Below, in pieces: positions 9,567 to 18,502 of a stretch of 32,000 nt of DNA. The position numbers were made by a program, and so were the translations under genes. Location: assembly GCF_009734345.1 (NCBI RefSeq), contig NZ_CP032551.1, forward strand, positions 90,001 to 122,000, written 5' to 3'. Position 1 is the first letter of the stretch. Every line of letters starts with the position of its first letter. The stretch is from Pseudidiomarina andamanensis. Its GTDB lineage: Bacteria; Pseudomonadota; Gammaproteobacteria; Enterobacterales; Alteromonadaceae. The notes under the pieces were generated by a model. That model was given only the letters and a program-made list of their open reading frames with translations. It searched no databases and was not told the DNA's origin.

Positions 9567-10550
9567 CTACGGGTTGGCGATGATGACGGCGCGGCGTGGG
9601 GCGGGGAAGCCTTCAATGGTGCGGCTGCGGTCGTTTGGATCGAGGAAGTCGGCGAGTGATTGGCCTTGCATCCAATCGGTGGCGCGCTGCTCTTCGAGGG
9701 TGGTGACGGATTCGTCGACGACGCGTGCGTTTTTGAAGCCGACTCGGCTCATCCAATGTAATAGCGCTTTGGTGCTTGGGATGAACCAAACGTTGCGCAT
9801 TTTTGCGTAGGTTTCGCCAGGCACCAACACCGTATGTTCGTCGCCTTCTACCACCAATGTTTCGAGTATCAGTTCGCCGCCTGGTTTTAATTGGGAACGA
9901 AGCTGTGTCAGGAAATCAATAGGGGAGCGACGGTGGTATAAGACCCCCATGCTGAACACGGTGTCAAACGCGCGTAGTTCAGGTAAATCTTCGACACCAA
10001 GCGGGAACCAGTGAGCGCGAGCTGCGAGTTCGGCAGGCATGAAGTGCCGAATTGCCATGAACTGTGCCATAAACAACTGGCCTGGGTCGATGCCCCAAAC
10101 TTGTTCAGCACCCGCTTCCAGCATCCGCCACAGGTGATAACCACTGCCACAACCGATATCAAGTACTTGGCGACCGCGGAGGTCGCCATTGTTGCTTAGG
10201 TGCGGTAGCACGCGCTGCCATTTGAAGTCAGAACGCCATTCGGTATCGATGTGTACGCCATGCAGATCAAACGGGCCTTTTCGCCAAGGCGTGAGTTGCA
10301 TCATGAGCCCACGAATGCGGTTTTGCTCGCCTTCACTGGCGTTCTCGTTCGCTATGGTAACCGTATCAGCGAGAGAAACATGTTGTGGTTCAATTTTCGG
10401 TAGCTGTGCTACGCAACGAAGCCACTTCGGTAATTCGCCGTGCTGTTGTTCTTTTTGCCAAGTTTCTAACTGCGCTGGCAACGTTGTAAGCCAGTGCTGC
10501 AAAGGTGACTGGGCAACAGCGATAAGGTCTTGGGCGAATAAATTCATCAT
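9567..10550 (-). CDS. cmoB: tRNA U34 carboxymethyltransferase CmoB
   Basis: Colinear with E. coli CmoB: [74 protein letters not shown]. Confidence 0.95.
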   Translation of the reverse strand: MMNLFAQDLIAVAQSPLQHWLTTLPAQLETWQKEQQHGELPKWLRCVAQLPKIEPQHVSLADTVTIANENASEGEQNRIRGLMMQLTPWRKGPFDLHGVHIDTEWRSDFKWQRVLPHLSNNGDLRGRQVLDIGCGSGYHLWRMLEAGAEQVWGIDPGQLFMAQFMAIRHFMPAELAARAHWFPLGVEDLPELRAFDTVFSMGVLYHRRSPIDFLTQLRSQLKPGGELILETLVVEGDEHTVLVPGETYAKMRNVWFIPSTKALLHWMSRVGFKNARVVDESVTTLEEQRATDWMQGQSLADFLDPNDRSRTIEGFPAPRRAVIIANP

Positions 10551-10572
10551 TTCTCCGGTTTCTTTCGGTAAC

Positions 10573-11304
10573 TCATTTTACGGCGAGTAATGCAGCGAAG
10601 TTATAACACTGGAACCACACTTGAGTGTGTTTAAAACCAATGTCATGCAGGCGTTCATGATGTGTCTCAAGCGTGTCAATGCGCATGACGTTCTCAATGG
10701 CTGCGCGCTTTTGAGCAATCTCGAGTTCACTGTAACCGTTAGCGCGTTTGAATTCGTGATGGATATCTACTAACAGCTCATTCATGCGCTCATCGGCACT
10801 GCGGAATTTCTCGCTCAGCAGCAGTGCGCCGCCGGGTTTTAAGCCGTCGTATATTTTTTTCAGTAAGTCATCGCGCTGCTCAGGTGGAACGAATTGCAAG
10901 GTGAAATTCATCGTCACCACCGAAGCGTTTTGAATGTCAGACTGCTGAATGTCTTCGCAGCGCACACTCACAGGTACGTCGCTACGATAGCCTTGCAAGT
11001 GAAGCTTACAGCGCTCCACCATGGCTTCTGAGTTATCAATACCGATCACTCGAATATTACTGAGGTGCTGGCAATTCTGGCGCATTGCTAAAGTTGCCGC
11101 GCCTAATGAGCAGCCTAAGTCATAGAGGTTTGAATCAGCCTGCGCGAAGCGTTTAGTGAGCTGGCCAATGCCTTGCAATATGCTTTGATAGCCAGGCACC
11201 GAGCGATTGATCATGTCGGGAAATACTTCCACCACGGTTTGATCAAACACAAAGTCGCTTACTTGCGGCAACGGTTCGGCGAATATCGAATCTTTTTTCG
11301 TCAT
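10573..11304 (-). CDS. cmoA: Carboxy-S-adenosyl-L-methionine synthase CmoA
   Basis: [24 protein letters not shown] and [14 protein letters not shown] match CmoA. The start at [11 protein letters not shown] (11304) aligns with the E. coli N-terminus; the track ORF extends to 11334. Confidence 0.93.
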   Translation of the reverse strand: MTKKDSIFAEPLPQVSDFVFDQTVVEVFPDMINRSVPGYQSILQGIGQLTKRFAQADSNLYDLGCSLGAATLAMRQNCQHLSNIRVIGIDNSEAMVERCKLHLQGYRSDVPVSVRCEDIQQSDIQNASVVTMNFTLQFVPPEQRDDLLKKIYDGLKPGGALLLSEKFRSADERMNELLVDIHHEFKRANGYSELEIAQKRAAIENVMRIDTLETHHERLHDIGFKHTQVWFQCYNFAALLAVK

Positions 11305-11411
11305 ACGTCTCAATAATCTTTGGCTGACAGACACGCGATATATTTTAACGTAACGTAGCGAGAAACAGTAGCACCAGCAGCGATATCATTATTAATTTGC
11401 GCCGACAGTTA

Positions 11412-11439
11412 CTGACATTCAGTGTAAGTCCGTTATAAT
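11412..11439 (+). promoter_or_regulatory. Putative sigma70 promoter of aspS
   Basis: CTGACA (11412-11417), a 16-nt spacer, then TATAAT (11434-11439), about 43 nt upstream of the aspS ATG. Confidence 0.4.
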
Positions 11440-11481
11440 GTGCAGCTTTGTAAATTCTTAATTTGTGGTAGGGATGATCCC

Positions 11482-13248
11482 ATGCGTAGCCATTACTGTG
11501 GACAGCTTGAAACGAGTCTTGTAGACCAATCCGTAACTTTATGTGGTTGGGTGAATAAACGCCGAGATTTAGGCGGTTTGATTTTTATTGATATGCGCGA
11601 CCGTACTGGTCTGGTGCAGGTTGTTTTTGATCCTGACCAACAGGCGCTATTTGAGACTGCCAACAAGCTACGTCAAGAGTTCTGTATTCGTTTAGTGGGT
11701 ACCGTGCGTGCGCGTCCTGAAAGCCAAGTCAACAAAACCATGGCGACCGGTGCTGTTGAAGTGATGGCGACTGAACTTGAGATTATTAGCCGTGCCGAGC
11801 CACTGCCGATTGACTTCAATCAGCAGGTGAGTGAAGAGCAGCGTTTGCGCTTCCGTTATTTGGACTTACGTCGTCCAAACATGAACCACAACTTACAATT
11901 CCGTGCCAAAGTGACTAGTGCGGTACGTCGATTTTTAGATGACCATGGTTTCTTAGACATTGAAACGCCTATGTTAACTCGTGCAACGCCTGAAGGTGCG
12001 CGCGATTACTTGGTGCCAAGCCGTACCCACAAAGGTAAGTTCTTTGCGTTGCCACAGTCGCCGCAGTTGTTTAAACAGTTGCTGATGATGTCTGGCTTTG
12101 ATCGTTACTACCAAATTGTGAAGTGCTTCCGTGACGAAGATTTACGTGCCGATCGCCAGCCTGAATTCACCCAAATTGATATTGAAACATCGTTCATGAC
12201 ATCAGACCAAGTGATGGCGGTCACCGAGCAGATGGTTCGCAAGTTATTCTTAGAAATGCTCGACGTTGATTTAGGTGACTTCCCGCGTATGACATGGCAC
12301 GAAGCGATGCGTCGCTTCGGTAGCGATAAGCCAGACTTGCGAAATCCACTTGAGTTAGTTGACGTGGCTGACTTGCTCAAAGATGGTGAGTTTAAAGTAT
12401 TTGCTGGGCCAGCGAACGACCCGAAGGGCCGTGTGGCTGCACTGAAAGTGCCAGGCAAAGCAGAAGTCATTTCACGTAAGAACATTGACGAGTACACCAA
12501 CTTTGTCGGTATCTACGGTGCGAAAGGCTTAGCGTGGATGAAAGTGAATGATTTGAGTGCGGGGCGCGAAGGTATTCAGTCACCGGTGCTTAAGTTTATT
12601 CCAGACGAAGCGCTTGAGGGTATTTTGGCGCGTACCGAGGCGGCAAATGGCGATATTATTTTCTTCGGTGCAGATAATGCAACGGTAGTTGCCGAAGCCA
12701 TGGGCGCATTGCGCTTGAAAGTTGGCAACGATTTCGACCTAGTTAGCAACGAATGGCGCCCACTTTGGGTTGTCGACTTCCCGATGTTCGAAGAACACGA
12801 AGGCCGTTTGCACGCGATTCACCATCCGTTCACCGCGCCGGTCGGGGTTACCCCAGATGAATTGAAAGCGAACCCAGAAGCTGCGCTGTCGAATGCCTAC
12901 GATATGGTACTGAACGGCGTTGAAGTTGGCGGCGGTTCGGTTCGTATTCACAATAATGAAATGCAGCAAGCCGCATTTGAAATTTTAGGTATCGGGAAAG
13001 AAGAAGCACAAGAGAAATTTGGCTTCTTGCTCGAAGCATTGAAGTACGGCACGCCGCCGCATGCAGGTTTGGCCTTTGGTCTTGACCGGTTAGTGATGTT
13101 GATGGTGGGTGCAAGCTCAATTCGTGAAGTGATTGCCTTCCCGAAAACAACCACCGCAGCGTGTGTCATGACCGACGCCCCTGGTGTTGCGAACCCAGAA
13201 GCATTGGCAGAGCTGAATGTTGCTGTTACCGTGAAGGATAGTGACTAA
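11482..13248 (+). CDS. aspS: Aspartate--tRNA ligase
   Basis: Class II aaRS motifs ([40 protein letters not shown]) and the N-terminal OB fold MRSHYCGQL. The ATG at 11482 has an upstream AGGGA. Confidence 0.96.
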   Translation: MRSHYCGQLETSLVDQSVTLCGWVNKRRDLGGLIFIDMRDRTGLVQVVFDPDQQALFETANKLRQEFCIRLVGTVRARPESQVNKTMATGAVEVMATELEIISRAEPLPIDFNQQVSEEQRLRFRYLDLRRPNMNHNLQFRAKVTSAVRRFLDDHGFLDIETPMLTRATPEGARDYLVPSRTHKGKFFALPQSPQLFKQLLMMSGFDRYYQIVKCFRDEDLRADRQPEFTQIDIETSFMTSDQVMAVTEQMVRKLFLEMLDVDLGDFPRMTWHEAMRRFGSDKPDLRNPLELVDVADLLKDGEFKVFAGPANDPKGRVAALKVPGKAEVISRKNIDEYTNFVGIYGAKGLAWMKVNDLSAGREGIQSPVLKFIPDEALEGILARTEAANGDIIFFGADNATVVAEAMGALRLKVGNDFDLVSNEWRPLWVVDFPMFEEHEGRLHAIHHPFTAPVGVTPDELKANPEAALSNAYDMVLNGVEVGGGSVRIHNNEMQQAAFEILGIGKEEAQEKFGFLLEALKYGTPPHAGLAFGLDRLVMLMVGASSIREVIAFPKTTTAACVMTDAPGVANPEALAELNVAVTVKDSD

Positions 13249-13273
13249 CACCGTTTACTGATAGGAGCGAATC

Positions 13274-13795
13274 ATGGCCATTATTCTGGGAATTGACCCA
13301 GGTTCACGCCTTACCGGCTATGGTGTGATTCGCCAATCAGGCAATCAGATTACCTACTTAGGCAGCGGCTGCATCAATGTGATGCGCAGTCTTAAGGGCG
13401 AAGCCGAGCCAACTCTTGCCGATAAGCTCAAAGTTATCCATGATGGTATTGTTGAGCTTATCGCGCAGTTTCAACCCACAGAATTCGCTATTGAACAAGT
13501 GTTTATGGCACGCAACCCTGATTCTGCGCTAAAGTTAGGTCAGGCGCGCGGCGCCGCAATTGTCGCTGCGGCTGGTGCGGGATTGCCGGTAGCCGAATAT
13601 GCTGCTCGCTTGGTGAAACAAGCCGTGGTTGGCACTGGTGCTGCAGACAAAACACAAGTACAACATATGGTGATGGCGATGCTGAAATTACAGCATAAGC
13701 CACAAGCTGACGCCGCTGATGCGTTAGCTGTTGCGCTGTGCCATGCACATACAAGAACACAACTTATACTAAAAACAACGAGGGGACGCGCGTGA
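13274..13795 (+). CDS. ruvC: Crossover junction endodeoxyribonuclease RuvC
   Basis: [19 protein letters not shown]..., [23 protein letters not shown], and C-terminal [12 protein letters not shown]. Confidence 0.95.
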   Translation: MAIILGIDPGSRLTGYGVIRQSGNQITYLGSGCINVMRSLKGEAEPTLADKLKVIHDGIVELIAQFQPTEFAIEQVFMARNPDSALKLGQARGAAIVAAAGAGLPVAEYAARLVKQAVVGTGAADKTQVQHMVMAMLKLQHKPQADAADALAVALCHAHTRTQLILKTTRGRA

Positions 13796-14412
13796 TTGGT
13801 CAATTAACAGGAACGTTAATCGCTAAACAGCCGCCTGAAATTCTCATTGATGTTCACGGCGTTGGTTATGAAGTTCAGATGCCAATGACATGCTTGTATG
13901 AACTCCCTGACATTGGCGCGCAGGTAAAAGTAATCACTCACTTCGTTGTGCGCGAAGATGCACAGTTACTATACGGCTTTAATACGTTTGCAGAGCGTAC
14001 GCTATTTCGTCAGTTAATAAAGGCACAAGGTGTCGGTCCGAAATTAGCGCTAACGATTATGTCGGGTATGACCGCCCATCAGTTTGTTCACGCAGTCACG
14101 CATGATGATGTTTCGACCTTGGTGAAGTTGCCTGGTGTGGGCCGTAAAACCGCGGAACGTTTGGTGGTTGAGATGCGTGACCGCCTGAAAAATTGGAGTA
14201 CCGCAACGCCTGCAACTGATGCAGCACCAATAGATTTCGGTGATATGAATCCAACGATCAGTGCAAGTTCGCCGCGAGATGACGCGTTGAGTGCCTTGTT
14301 GGCGCTCGGCTACAAGCCAGCCCAAGCGGAAAAGGCTGTCGCTGCAGCACTGAAAGCTGAACCTGAAGCACCAAGCGAAGCCCTTATCCGCTTCGCGTTG
14401 AAGAATATGTAA
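13792..14412 (+). CDS. ruvA: Holliday junction branch migration complex subunit RuvA
   Basis: (V)[31 protein letters not shown], and HhH motifs ([20 protein letters not shown]). The GTG start overlaps the ruvC stop (GTGA). The track ORF from 13738 is an upstream over-extension. Confidence 0.93.
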   Translation: MIGQLTGTLIAKQPPEILIDVHGVGYEVQMPMTCLYELPDIGAQVKVITHFVVREDAQLLYGFNTFAERTLFRQLIKAQGVGPKLALTIMSGMTAHQFVHAVTHDDVSTLVKLPGVGRKTAERLVVEMRDRLKNWSTATPATDAAPIDFGDMNPTISASSPRDDALSALLALGYKPAQAEKAVAAALKAEPEAPSEALIRFALKNM

Positions 14413-14417
14413 AAAAC

Positions 14418-14561
14418 CGTTGTTCGTTATTCGTTATTCGTTATTCGAAAAAACAAGAAAACGAGAAACCAAAACTAACACACAAAAAAGTGAGCAAATC
14501 TAATTCCGAACTCAACAGCGAGCTAAACTCACGAATAACCAATAACGAATAACGAACAACG
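14418..14561. repeat. Heptad-TIR intergenic element, copy B (MITE-like), filling the ruvA-ruvB spacer
   Basis: Left TIR cgttgttcgttattcgttattcgttattcg versus the reverse complement of the right TIR cgttgttcgttattcgttattggttattcg, 29/30 identical. The 88-nt core between the heptad arrays is the reverse complement of copy C with one mismatch. Confidence 0.9.
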
Positions 14562-14578
14562 AATTTAAGGTGTTAACA

Positions 14579-15580
14579 ATGATTGAGCCAGACCGCATAA
14601 ACCAGCCGCAGGCGAGTAGCGAAGATGAAGTCATTGATCGCGCCATTCGTCCCAAGCATCTTGCCGACTATACTGGCCAGAAGCATGTGGTTGAACAAAT
14701 GGAAATTTTTATTCAGGCCGCCAAGCAGCGTTCTGAAGCGCTTGATCATGTCTTGATATTTGGTCCTCCGGGGCTGGGTAAAACCACTTTAGCCAATATT
14801 GTTGCGAATGAATTGAACGTAAATATCCGGCAAACTTCGGGTCCAGTGCTGGAAAAAGCAGGCGATCTTGCGGCATTGTTAACAAATCTTGAAGAGCATG
14901 ACGTGCTTTTTATTGATGAAATTCACCGATTGAGTCCGGTGGTTGAAGAGATTCTATATCCAGCGATGGAAGATTATCAGCTCGATATTATGATTGGCGA
15001 AGGTCCCGCGGCTCGTTCTATTAAACTCGACTTGCCACCATTTACCTTGGTGGGAGCGACGACTCGAGCAGGCGCCTTAACCTCACCATTGCGCGATCGA
15101 TTTGGTATTGTGCAACGGCTTGAATTTTATAATGTGGAAGAATTAACCACCATTATTCGCCGTTCAGCAAAATTTTTAAATTTAGATTTAGAGGCCGATG
15201 GTGCACTAGAAATTGCGCGTCGCTCTCGCGGAACGCCGCGTATAGCAAACCGTTTATTACGCCGTGTGCGCGATTTTGCCGAGGTGAAAAATAGCGGTCA
15301 TATTGATCAACCAACAGCGGCAGCTGCACTTGCGATGGTTGACGTTGACGAAGCCGGTTTCGATTACATGGATCGTAAGTTGTTATTAGCAATTATTGAG
15401 AAATTCATGGGCGGGCCAGTTGGGTTAGATAACTTGGCGGCAGCCATAGGTGAAGAGAAAGACACGATTGAAGATGTGTTAGAGCCGTATTTGATTCAGC
15501 AGGGTTTTTTGCAAAGAACGCCGCGAGGCAGAATTGCAACGCCGCACGCATACGCCCACTTCGGCTTAGGGAAAGATTAA
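14579..15580 (+). CDS. ruvB: Holliday junction branch migration DNA helicase RuvB
   Basis: MIEPDR..., [12 protein letters not shown], Walker [10 protein letters not shown], Walker [10 protein letters not shown], and RTPRGR at the C-terminus. AAGGTG lies upstream of the ATG at 14579. Confidence 0.96.
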   Translation: MIEPDRINQPQASSEDEVIDRAIRPKHLADYTGQKHVVEQMEIFIQAAKQRSEALDHVLIFGPPGLGKTTLANIVANELNVNIRQTSGPVLEKAGDLAALLTNLEEHDVLFIDEIHRLSPVVEEILYPAMEDYQLDIMIGEGPAARSIKLDLPPFTLVGATTRAGALTSPLRDRFGIVQRLEFYNVEELTTIIRRSAKFLNLDLEADGALEIARRSRGTPRIANRLLRRVRDFAEVKNSGHIDQPTAAAALAMVDVDEAGFDYMDRKLLLAIIEKFMGGPVGLDNLAAAIGEEKDTIEDVLEPYLIQQGFLQRTPRGRIATPHAYAHFGLGKD

Positions 15581-15583
15581 AAG

Positions 15584-15730
15584 CGTTGTTCGTTAATCGT
15601 TATTGGTTATTCGTGAGTTTAACTCGCTGTTGAGTTCGGAATTAGATTTGCTCACTTTTTTGTGTGTTAGTTTTGGTTTCTCGTTTTCTTGTTTTTTCGA
15701 ATAACGAATAACGAATAACGAATAACGAAC
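15584..15730. repeat. Heptad-TIR intergenic element, copy C (MITE-like), inverted relative to copy B
   Basis: Starts 4 nt after the ruvB stop. The core is the reverse complement of copy B (one mismatch in 88 nt by eye). The right end carries cgaataa x4 plus cgaacaa, one heptad more than copy B. Confidence 0.9.
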
Positions 15731-15757
15731 AAAAAAAAGCCCGCTCATGGAGCGGGC
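15731..15757 (-). terminator. Canonical intrinsic terminator oriented for the minus strand
   Basis: Minus strand reads GCCCGCTC-CATG-AGCGGGC followed by TTTTTTTT. On the plus strand the run is A8 upstream with no U-tract downstream, so it is poorly oriented for ruvB. Confidence 0.75.
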
Positions 15758-15840
15758 AAAATACAGAACAACAAGGAAGTTAAATCCAGGGAACAATAAC
15801 AGGAAGAAGTGACAACCGGTCTCTTCGTATCTGATATCTG
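15731..15840 (-). ncRNA. Candidate small RNA of about 110 nt, unnamed
   Basis: Bounded by a near-consensus sigma70 promoter (15847-15874, minus strand) and the intrinsic terminator at 15731-15757. It contains no ATG and no credible RBS. It carries three CU-rich blocks (CUUCUUCCUG, UUCCCUGG, ACUUCCUUG). Confidence 0.5.
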
Positions 15841-15846
15841 ACGCGC

Positions 15847-15874
15847 ATTATACGGAGGACTGACCACCTTTCAA
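15847..15874 (-). promoter_or_regulatory. Near-consensus sigma70 promoter on the minus strand
   Basis: Minus strand reads TTGAAA (15874-15869), the 16-nt spacer ggtggtcagtcctccg, then TATAAT (15852-15847). No protein-coding gene lies downstream on this strand. Confidence 0.55.
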
Positions 15875-15946
15875 ACGAGAAAAATTGTGTTTCACATTAT
15901 TTTTACTAATGCGACTCTGGTTTTGGTGGTTAAAAAATGCGCTAAC

Positions 15947-16009
15947 AAAAATTGGTCAGACCAAATTAACTCTCGAAAATTAAGGGTTTTGTAAAAATTG
16001 GTCAGATCG
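15947..16009 (+). promoter_or_regulatory. Two FadR-box-like sites and a putative ybgC-tol promoter
   Basis: TTGGTC-A-GACCAA is a perfect 6-1-6 palindrome at 15952-15964. A second half-conserved site TTGGTCAGATCG lies at 15998-16009. The 14-nt direct repeat aaaaattggtcaga occurs at 15947-15960 and 15993-16006. A possible promoter is -35 TTGGTC (15952-15957), 17 nt, -10 GAAAAT (15975-15980). Confidence 0.35.
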
Positions 16010-16022
16010 TTAAGATAAAAAA

Positions 16023-16460
16023 ATGTCTGGTGTAAAATTGAACAAGTTAACATTTAAATGGCCAATTCGGGTTTATTACGAAGATACAGATGCTGGCGGT
16101 ATCGTTTATTATGCGAACTATCTCAAATTCCTTGAGCGGGCACGAACGGAATGGTTACGCTCTTTAGGAATTGAGCAAGATACGTGGCTGATGCATCGTA
16201 TTGGGTTTGTGGTGCGTCAAGTGCAGATGGATTTACTGCAACCAGCGCGATTTAATGATGAACTGATAGTGACGGTTGTGGTCGAACGCCTCGGAAAGGC
16301 GTCAGTCGTTTTTGCGCAGCAGGTGATGCGTGAAGATGGAGCAATTTTATGTCAGGCGCAGATTAAAGCTGCTTGTGTCAATTTAGGAGAGTCTGGCGAG
16401 TCGGTGAAAGCGGTACCGATGCCAGTGGAAATATTTGAGGTGTTAAAACGTGCAAACTGA
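16023..16460 (+). CDS. ybgC: Tol-Pal-associated acyl-CoA thioesterase YbgC (4HBT family)
   Basis: WPIRVYYEDTDAGGIVYYANYLKFLERARTEWLR hot-dog thioesterase signature; first gene of the tol cluster. Confidence 0.92.
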   Translation: MSGVKLNKLTFKWPIRVYYEDTDAGGIVYYANYLKFLERARTEWLRSLGIEQDTWLMHRIGFVVRQVQMDLLQPARFNDELIVTVVVERLGKASVVFAQQVMREDGAILCQAQIKAACVNLGESGESVKAVPMPVEIFEVLKRAN

Positions 16461-17145
16461 ATTGTCGATTACGGCGCTTATATTAGAGGCAAGTATTGTT
16501 GTTCAACTCGTCATGCTACTGTTGTTAGCGTTTTCAGTGGTTGGTTGGATGATGATTTTCCAACGAGCCAAGGTGATTAAGACCGCGACGCAGCAGGCTT
16601 TGAGCTTTGAAGATCGCTTCTGGTCTGGTGTTGACCTTGCTCGTTTATTTCAGGAAGTTTCGGCACGTGCGCAAAACGCTTCGGGCATGGAGAAGCTGTT
16701 TCATGCAGGGTTTAAAGAGTTTGCGCGCCTTCGTAAAAATGAAACGTTAAGCCAGCAGCAAATGTTAGATGCCTCGTATCGTGCGATGCGGGTAGTCCAT
16801 TCACGTGAGCTCGATCGCTTGGAAAGCAATTTATCGTTCTTAGCCACCATTGGTTCCATTAGCCCTTATGTCGGTTTATTTGGTACGGTGTGGGGTATTA
16901 TGAATGCATTTATCGGCTTAGGCGCGGTGCAGCAAGCAACTCTGGCAATGGTTGCTCCTGGTATTGCAGAAGCATTGATTGCAACGGCGATGGGCTTATT
17001 TGCTGCAATTCCTGCAGTTATCGCATATAACCGTTTTAGTTACCGTGTTGAAAAGGTCGATAACCAGTACGTGAACTTTATGGATGAGCTGATGGCAATT
17101 CTTCAACGTCAAGGTTCTCAATCGAAAGCAGGTGCTGCGGCATGA
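16450..17145 (+). CDS. tolQ: Tol-Pal system protein TolQ
   Basis: MotA/TolQ/ExbB family: three TM segments and LATIGSISPYVGLFGTVWGIMNAF, APGIAEALIATAMGLFAAIPAVIAYN. Confidence 0.95.
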   Translation: MQTELSITALILEASIVVQLVMLLLLAFSVVGWMMIFQRAKVIKTATQQALSFEDRFWSGVDLARLFQEVSARAQNASGMEKLFHAGFKEFARLRKNETLSQQQMLDASYRAMRVVHSRELDRLESNLSFLATIGSISPYVGLFGTVWGIMNAFIGLGAVQQATLAMVAPGIAEALIATAMGLFAAIPAVIAYNRFSYRVEKVDNQYVNFMDELMAILQRQGSQSKAGAAA

Positions 17146-17576
17146 TGACGGTAACGCGTCGACGCCGTAAGCAGGTGTCGGAAATCAACGTGGTGCCATA
17201 CATTGATGTCATGTTGGTACTACTGATTATCTTTATGGTAACAGCGCCGTTGATCACGCAAGGGGTGAAGGTCGATTTGCCGAAAGCCTCAGCGGAACCG
17301 TTAGACCCTGAAAGCAAGCCACCGATTGTTGCATCTGTGGACAAAGACGGTAATTACTATCTCAGCACCAATAATGATCCGAATGCCGCTATCGATGTCG
17401 TGGATTTAGCGGTGGCTGTGCAAGCTGAACTTCAAGTGAGTCCTGATCGCCCAGTAGTAGTGAAAGGTGATGGTTCAGTTCAGTACAATCAGGTTGTGCA
17501 GTTGATGGTATTGTTACAGAGAGCAGGTGTACCACAGGTTGGTTTAATGACAGATAACTCAGCAGGTGATAAGTAG
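17142..17576 (+). CDS. tolR: Tol-Pal system protein TolR
   Basis: ExbD/TolR family: SEINVVPYIDVMLVLLIIFMVTAP. The start overlaps the tolQ stop. Confidence 0.94.
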   Translation: MMTVTRRRRKQVSEINVVPYIDVMLVLLIIFMVTAPLITQGVKVDLPKASAEPLDPESKPPIVASVDKDGNYYLSTNNDPNAAIDVVDLAVAVQAELQVSPDRPVVVKGDGSVQYNQVVQLMVLLQRAGVPQVGLMTDNSAGDK

Positions 17577-18502
17577 TGGCGAAGAAGAGTTGGTCATGGC
17601 CTAGTGATTGGACAGTGCCTCTGGTACTGTCCCTGTTAGTGCATGTCGCCGTTGTCGGTTTAATGATCTTCGGTATGCATTTTCAAATGCCGTTTGATAA
17701 ACCGTTACAGGTTCAACTGTCAGCGCCGAATGCACCTCAGCCGGATAATCAAGAAATTGTGCAAGCAGTAACGGTTGATCAAGCTGCAGTTGAAAAGCGA
17801 GTAAATGAAATTCGTGAACGCGAGCGGCAAACCGAATTAGCCGAACAACGCCGCCAAGCGGAGCTTGAGCGCAAGGCTGAAGAAGCTCGCAAAGCGCGTG
17901 AAGCTGAACAGCAGCGTTTGCGTGAATTGCAAAAGCAGCAAGAAGCTGAGCGGCGCCGCTTAGAGCAAGAAAAAGCAGCAGCTATTAAGCAAAGAGAAGA
18001 AGCTGAAAAAGCGGCAGCTGCGGCAGCTGAACGTCGGAAACGAGAAGAAGAAGCCGCAGCAAAGGCTGAGGCTGAGCGTAAGCGCAAAGAAGAAGAAGCT
18101 CGCAAGGCGGAAGAAGAACGTAAACGTCGTGAACAAGAGGCTCGTGAACGAGCCGAGCGCGAACGTCAGTTGCAAGAAGAATTGGCTCGCGAAGCGCAAG
18201 CGCGTGCTGCAGCTCGAAGCCAACAAGTACAGAGTGAAATTGATCGATACACGGCACTGATTAGAAATGTGGTGCAACGGAATTGGATTGTCGATGATTC
18301 TATGCGCGGCAAGGAATGCCGATTGAATATTACGCTCTCACGTAGCGGTTTTGTCACCTCAGTTAGCGAAGGTGAGGGTGACCGGGCCGTTTGTGAATCA
18401 GCGCGTCGCGCCATTTTGAAAATTGGTACGTTGCCAGTGTCACAAGACCCTGACGTGTACGAACAAATGAAAAATATTACATTCCCATTTATCGCGGATT
18501 AA
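17576..18502 (+). CDS. tolA: Tol-Pal system protein TolA
   Basis: N-terminal TM segment, a long E/A/K/R-rich helical domain and a globular C-terminal domain. The GTG start overlaps the tolR stop by 1 nt. Confidence 0.9.
   Translation: MAKKSWSWPSDWTVPLVLSLLVHVAVVGLMIFGMHFQMPFDKPLQVQLSAPNAPQPDNQEIVQAVTVDQAAVEKRVNEIRERERQTELAEQRRQAELERKAEEARKAREAEQQRLRELQKQQEAERRRLEQEKAAAIKQREEAEKAAAAAAERRKREEEAAAKAEAERKRKEEEARKAEEERKRREQEARERAERERQLQEELAREAQARAAARSQQVQSEIDRYTALIRNVVQRNWIVDDSMRGKECRLNITLSRSGFVTSVSEGEGDRAVCESARRAILKIGTLPVSQDPDVYEQMKNITFPFIAD

Noticed and set aside
9450-9659. Plus-strand ORF beginning GCHDCDCDCEQEHEH (metal-binding look), and the nested 15-codon ORF MTVTVTVSKSMSMRA (9460-9507).
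   Set aside because: The composition comes from the hexamer repeat. The long ORF has a TTG start and no RBS, and runs antisense into the conserved 3' end of cmoB. There is no supporting gene context for a leader peptide.
9908-10590. Antisense and alternate-frame ORFs within cmoB (for example 10189-10590, 133 aa). Similar ones occur in gltB (23849-24241, 26519-26881, 26718-27062), aspS and ccmF.
   Set aside because: They fully overlap strongly conserved genes and have Cys/Arg/Ser-rich, low-information products with no RBS. These are typical shadow ORFs.
13200-13800. An expected LexA/SOS box (CTGT-N8-ACAG) upstream of ruvC or ruvA, as for E. coli ruvAB.
   Set aside because: Scanning by eye found no match. 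ruvC follows aspS by 25 nt and ruvA overlaps ruvC, so the genes look co-transcribed without a visible SOS operator.
14418-14561. Integron attC site or riboswitch/attenuator as the identity of the heptad-TIR elements.
   Set aside because: The ends do not fit the attC R''/R' consensus (RYYYAAC / GTTRRRY), and no integrase or cassette array is present. The same element occurs after unrelated genes in both orientations, which argues against a gene-specific riboswitch.
15593-15796. 67-aa minus-strand ORF (MFPGFNFLVV...[15 protein letters not shown]).
   Set aside because: It lies entirely within repeat copy C and reads through the terminator hairpin and T-run. It has a TTG start without an RBS and a low-complexity product, so it is an artefact of the repeat.
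15808-15840. 10-codon plus-strand mini-ORF (GTG-ACA-...-TGA) preceded by AGGAAG.
   Set aside because: The spacing between the SD-like sequence and the GTG is too short, and the ORF is tiny. The AGGAAG blocks are better explained as the complement of the CU-rich blocks of the minus-strand sRNA candidate.
17779-18414. Several 80-108-aa minus-strand ORFs and apparent tandem repetition inside tolA.
   Set aside because: They are antisense or alternate-frame reading of the GAA/GCN-rich E/A/K/R helical domain of TolA. The repetition is normal for tolA and is not an independent repeat element.
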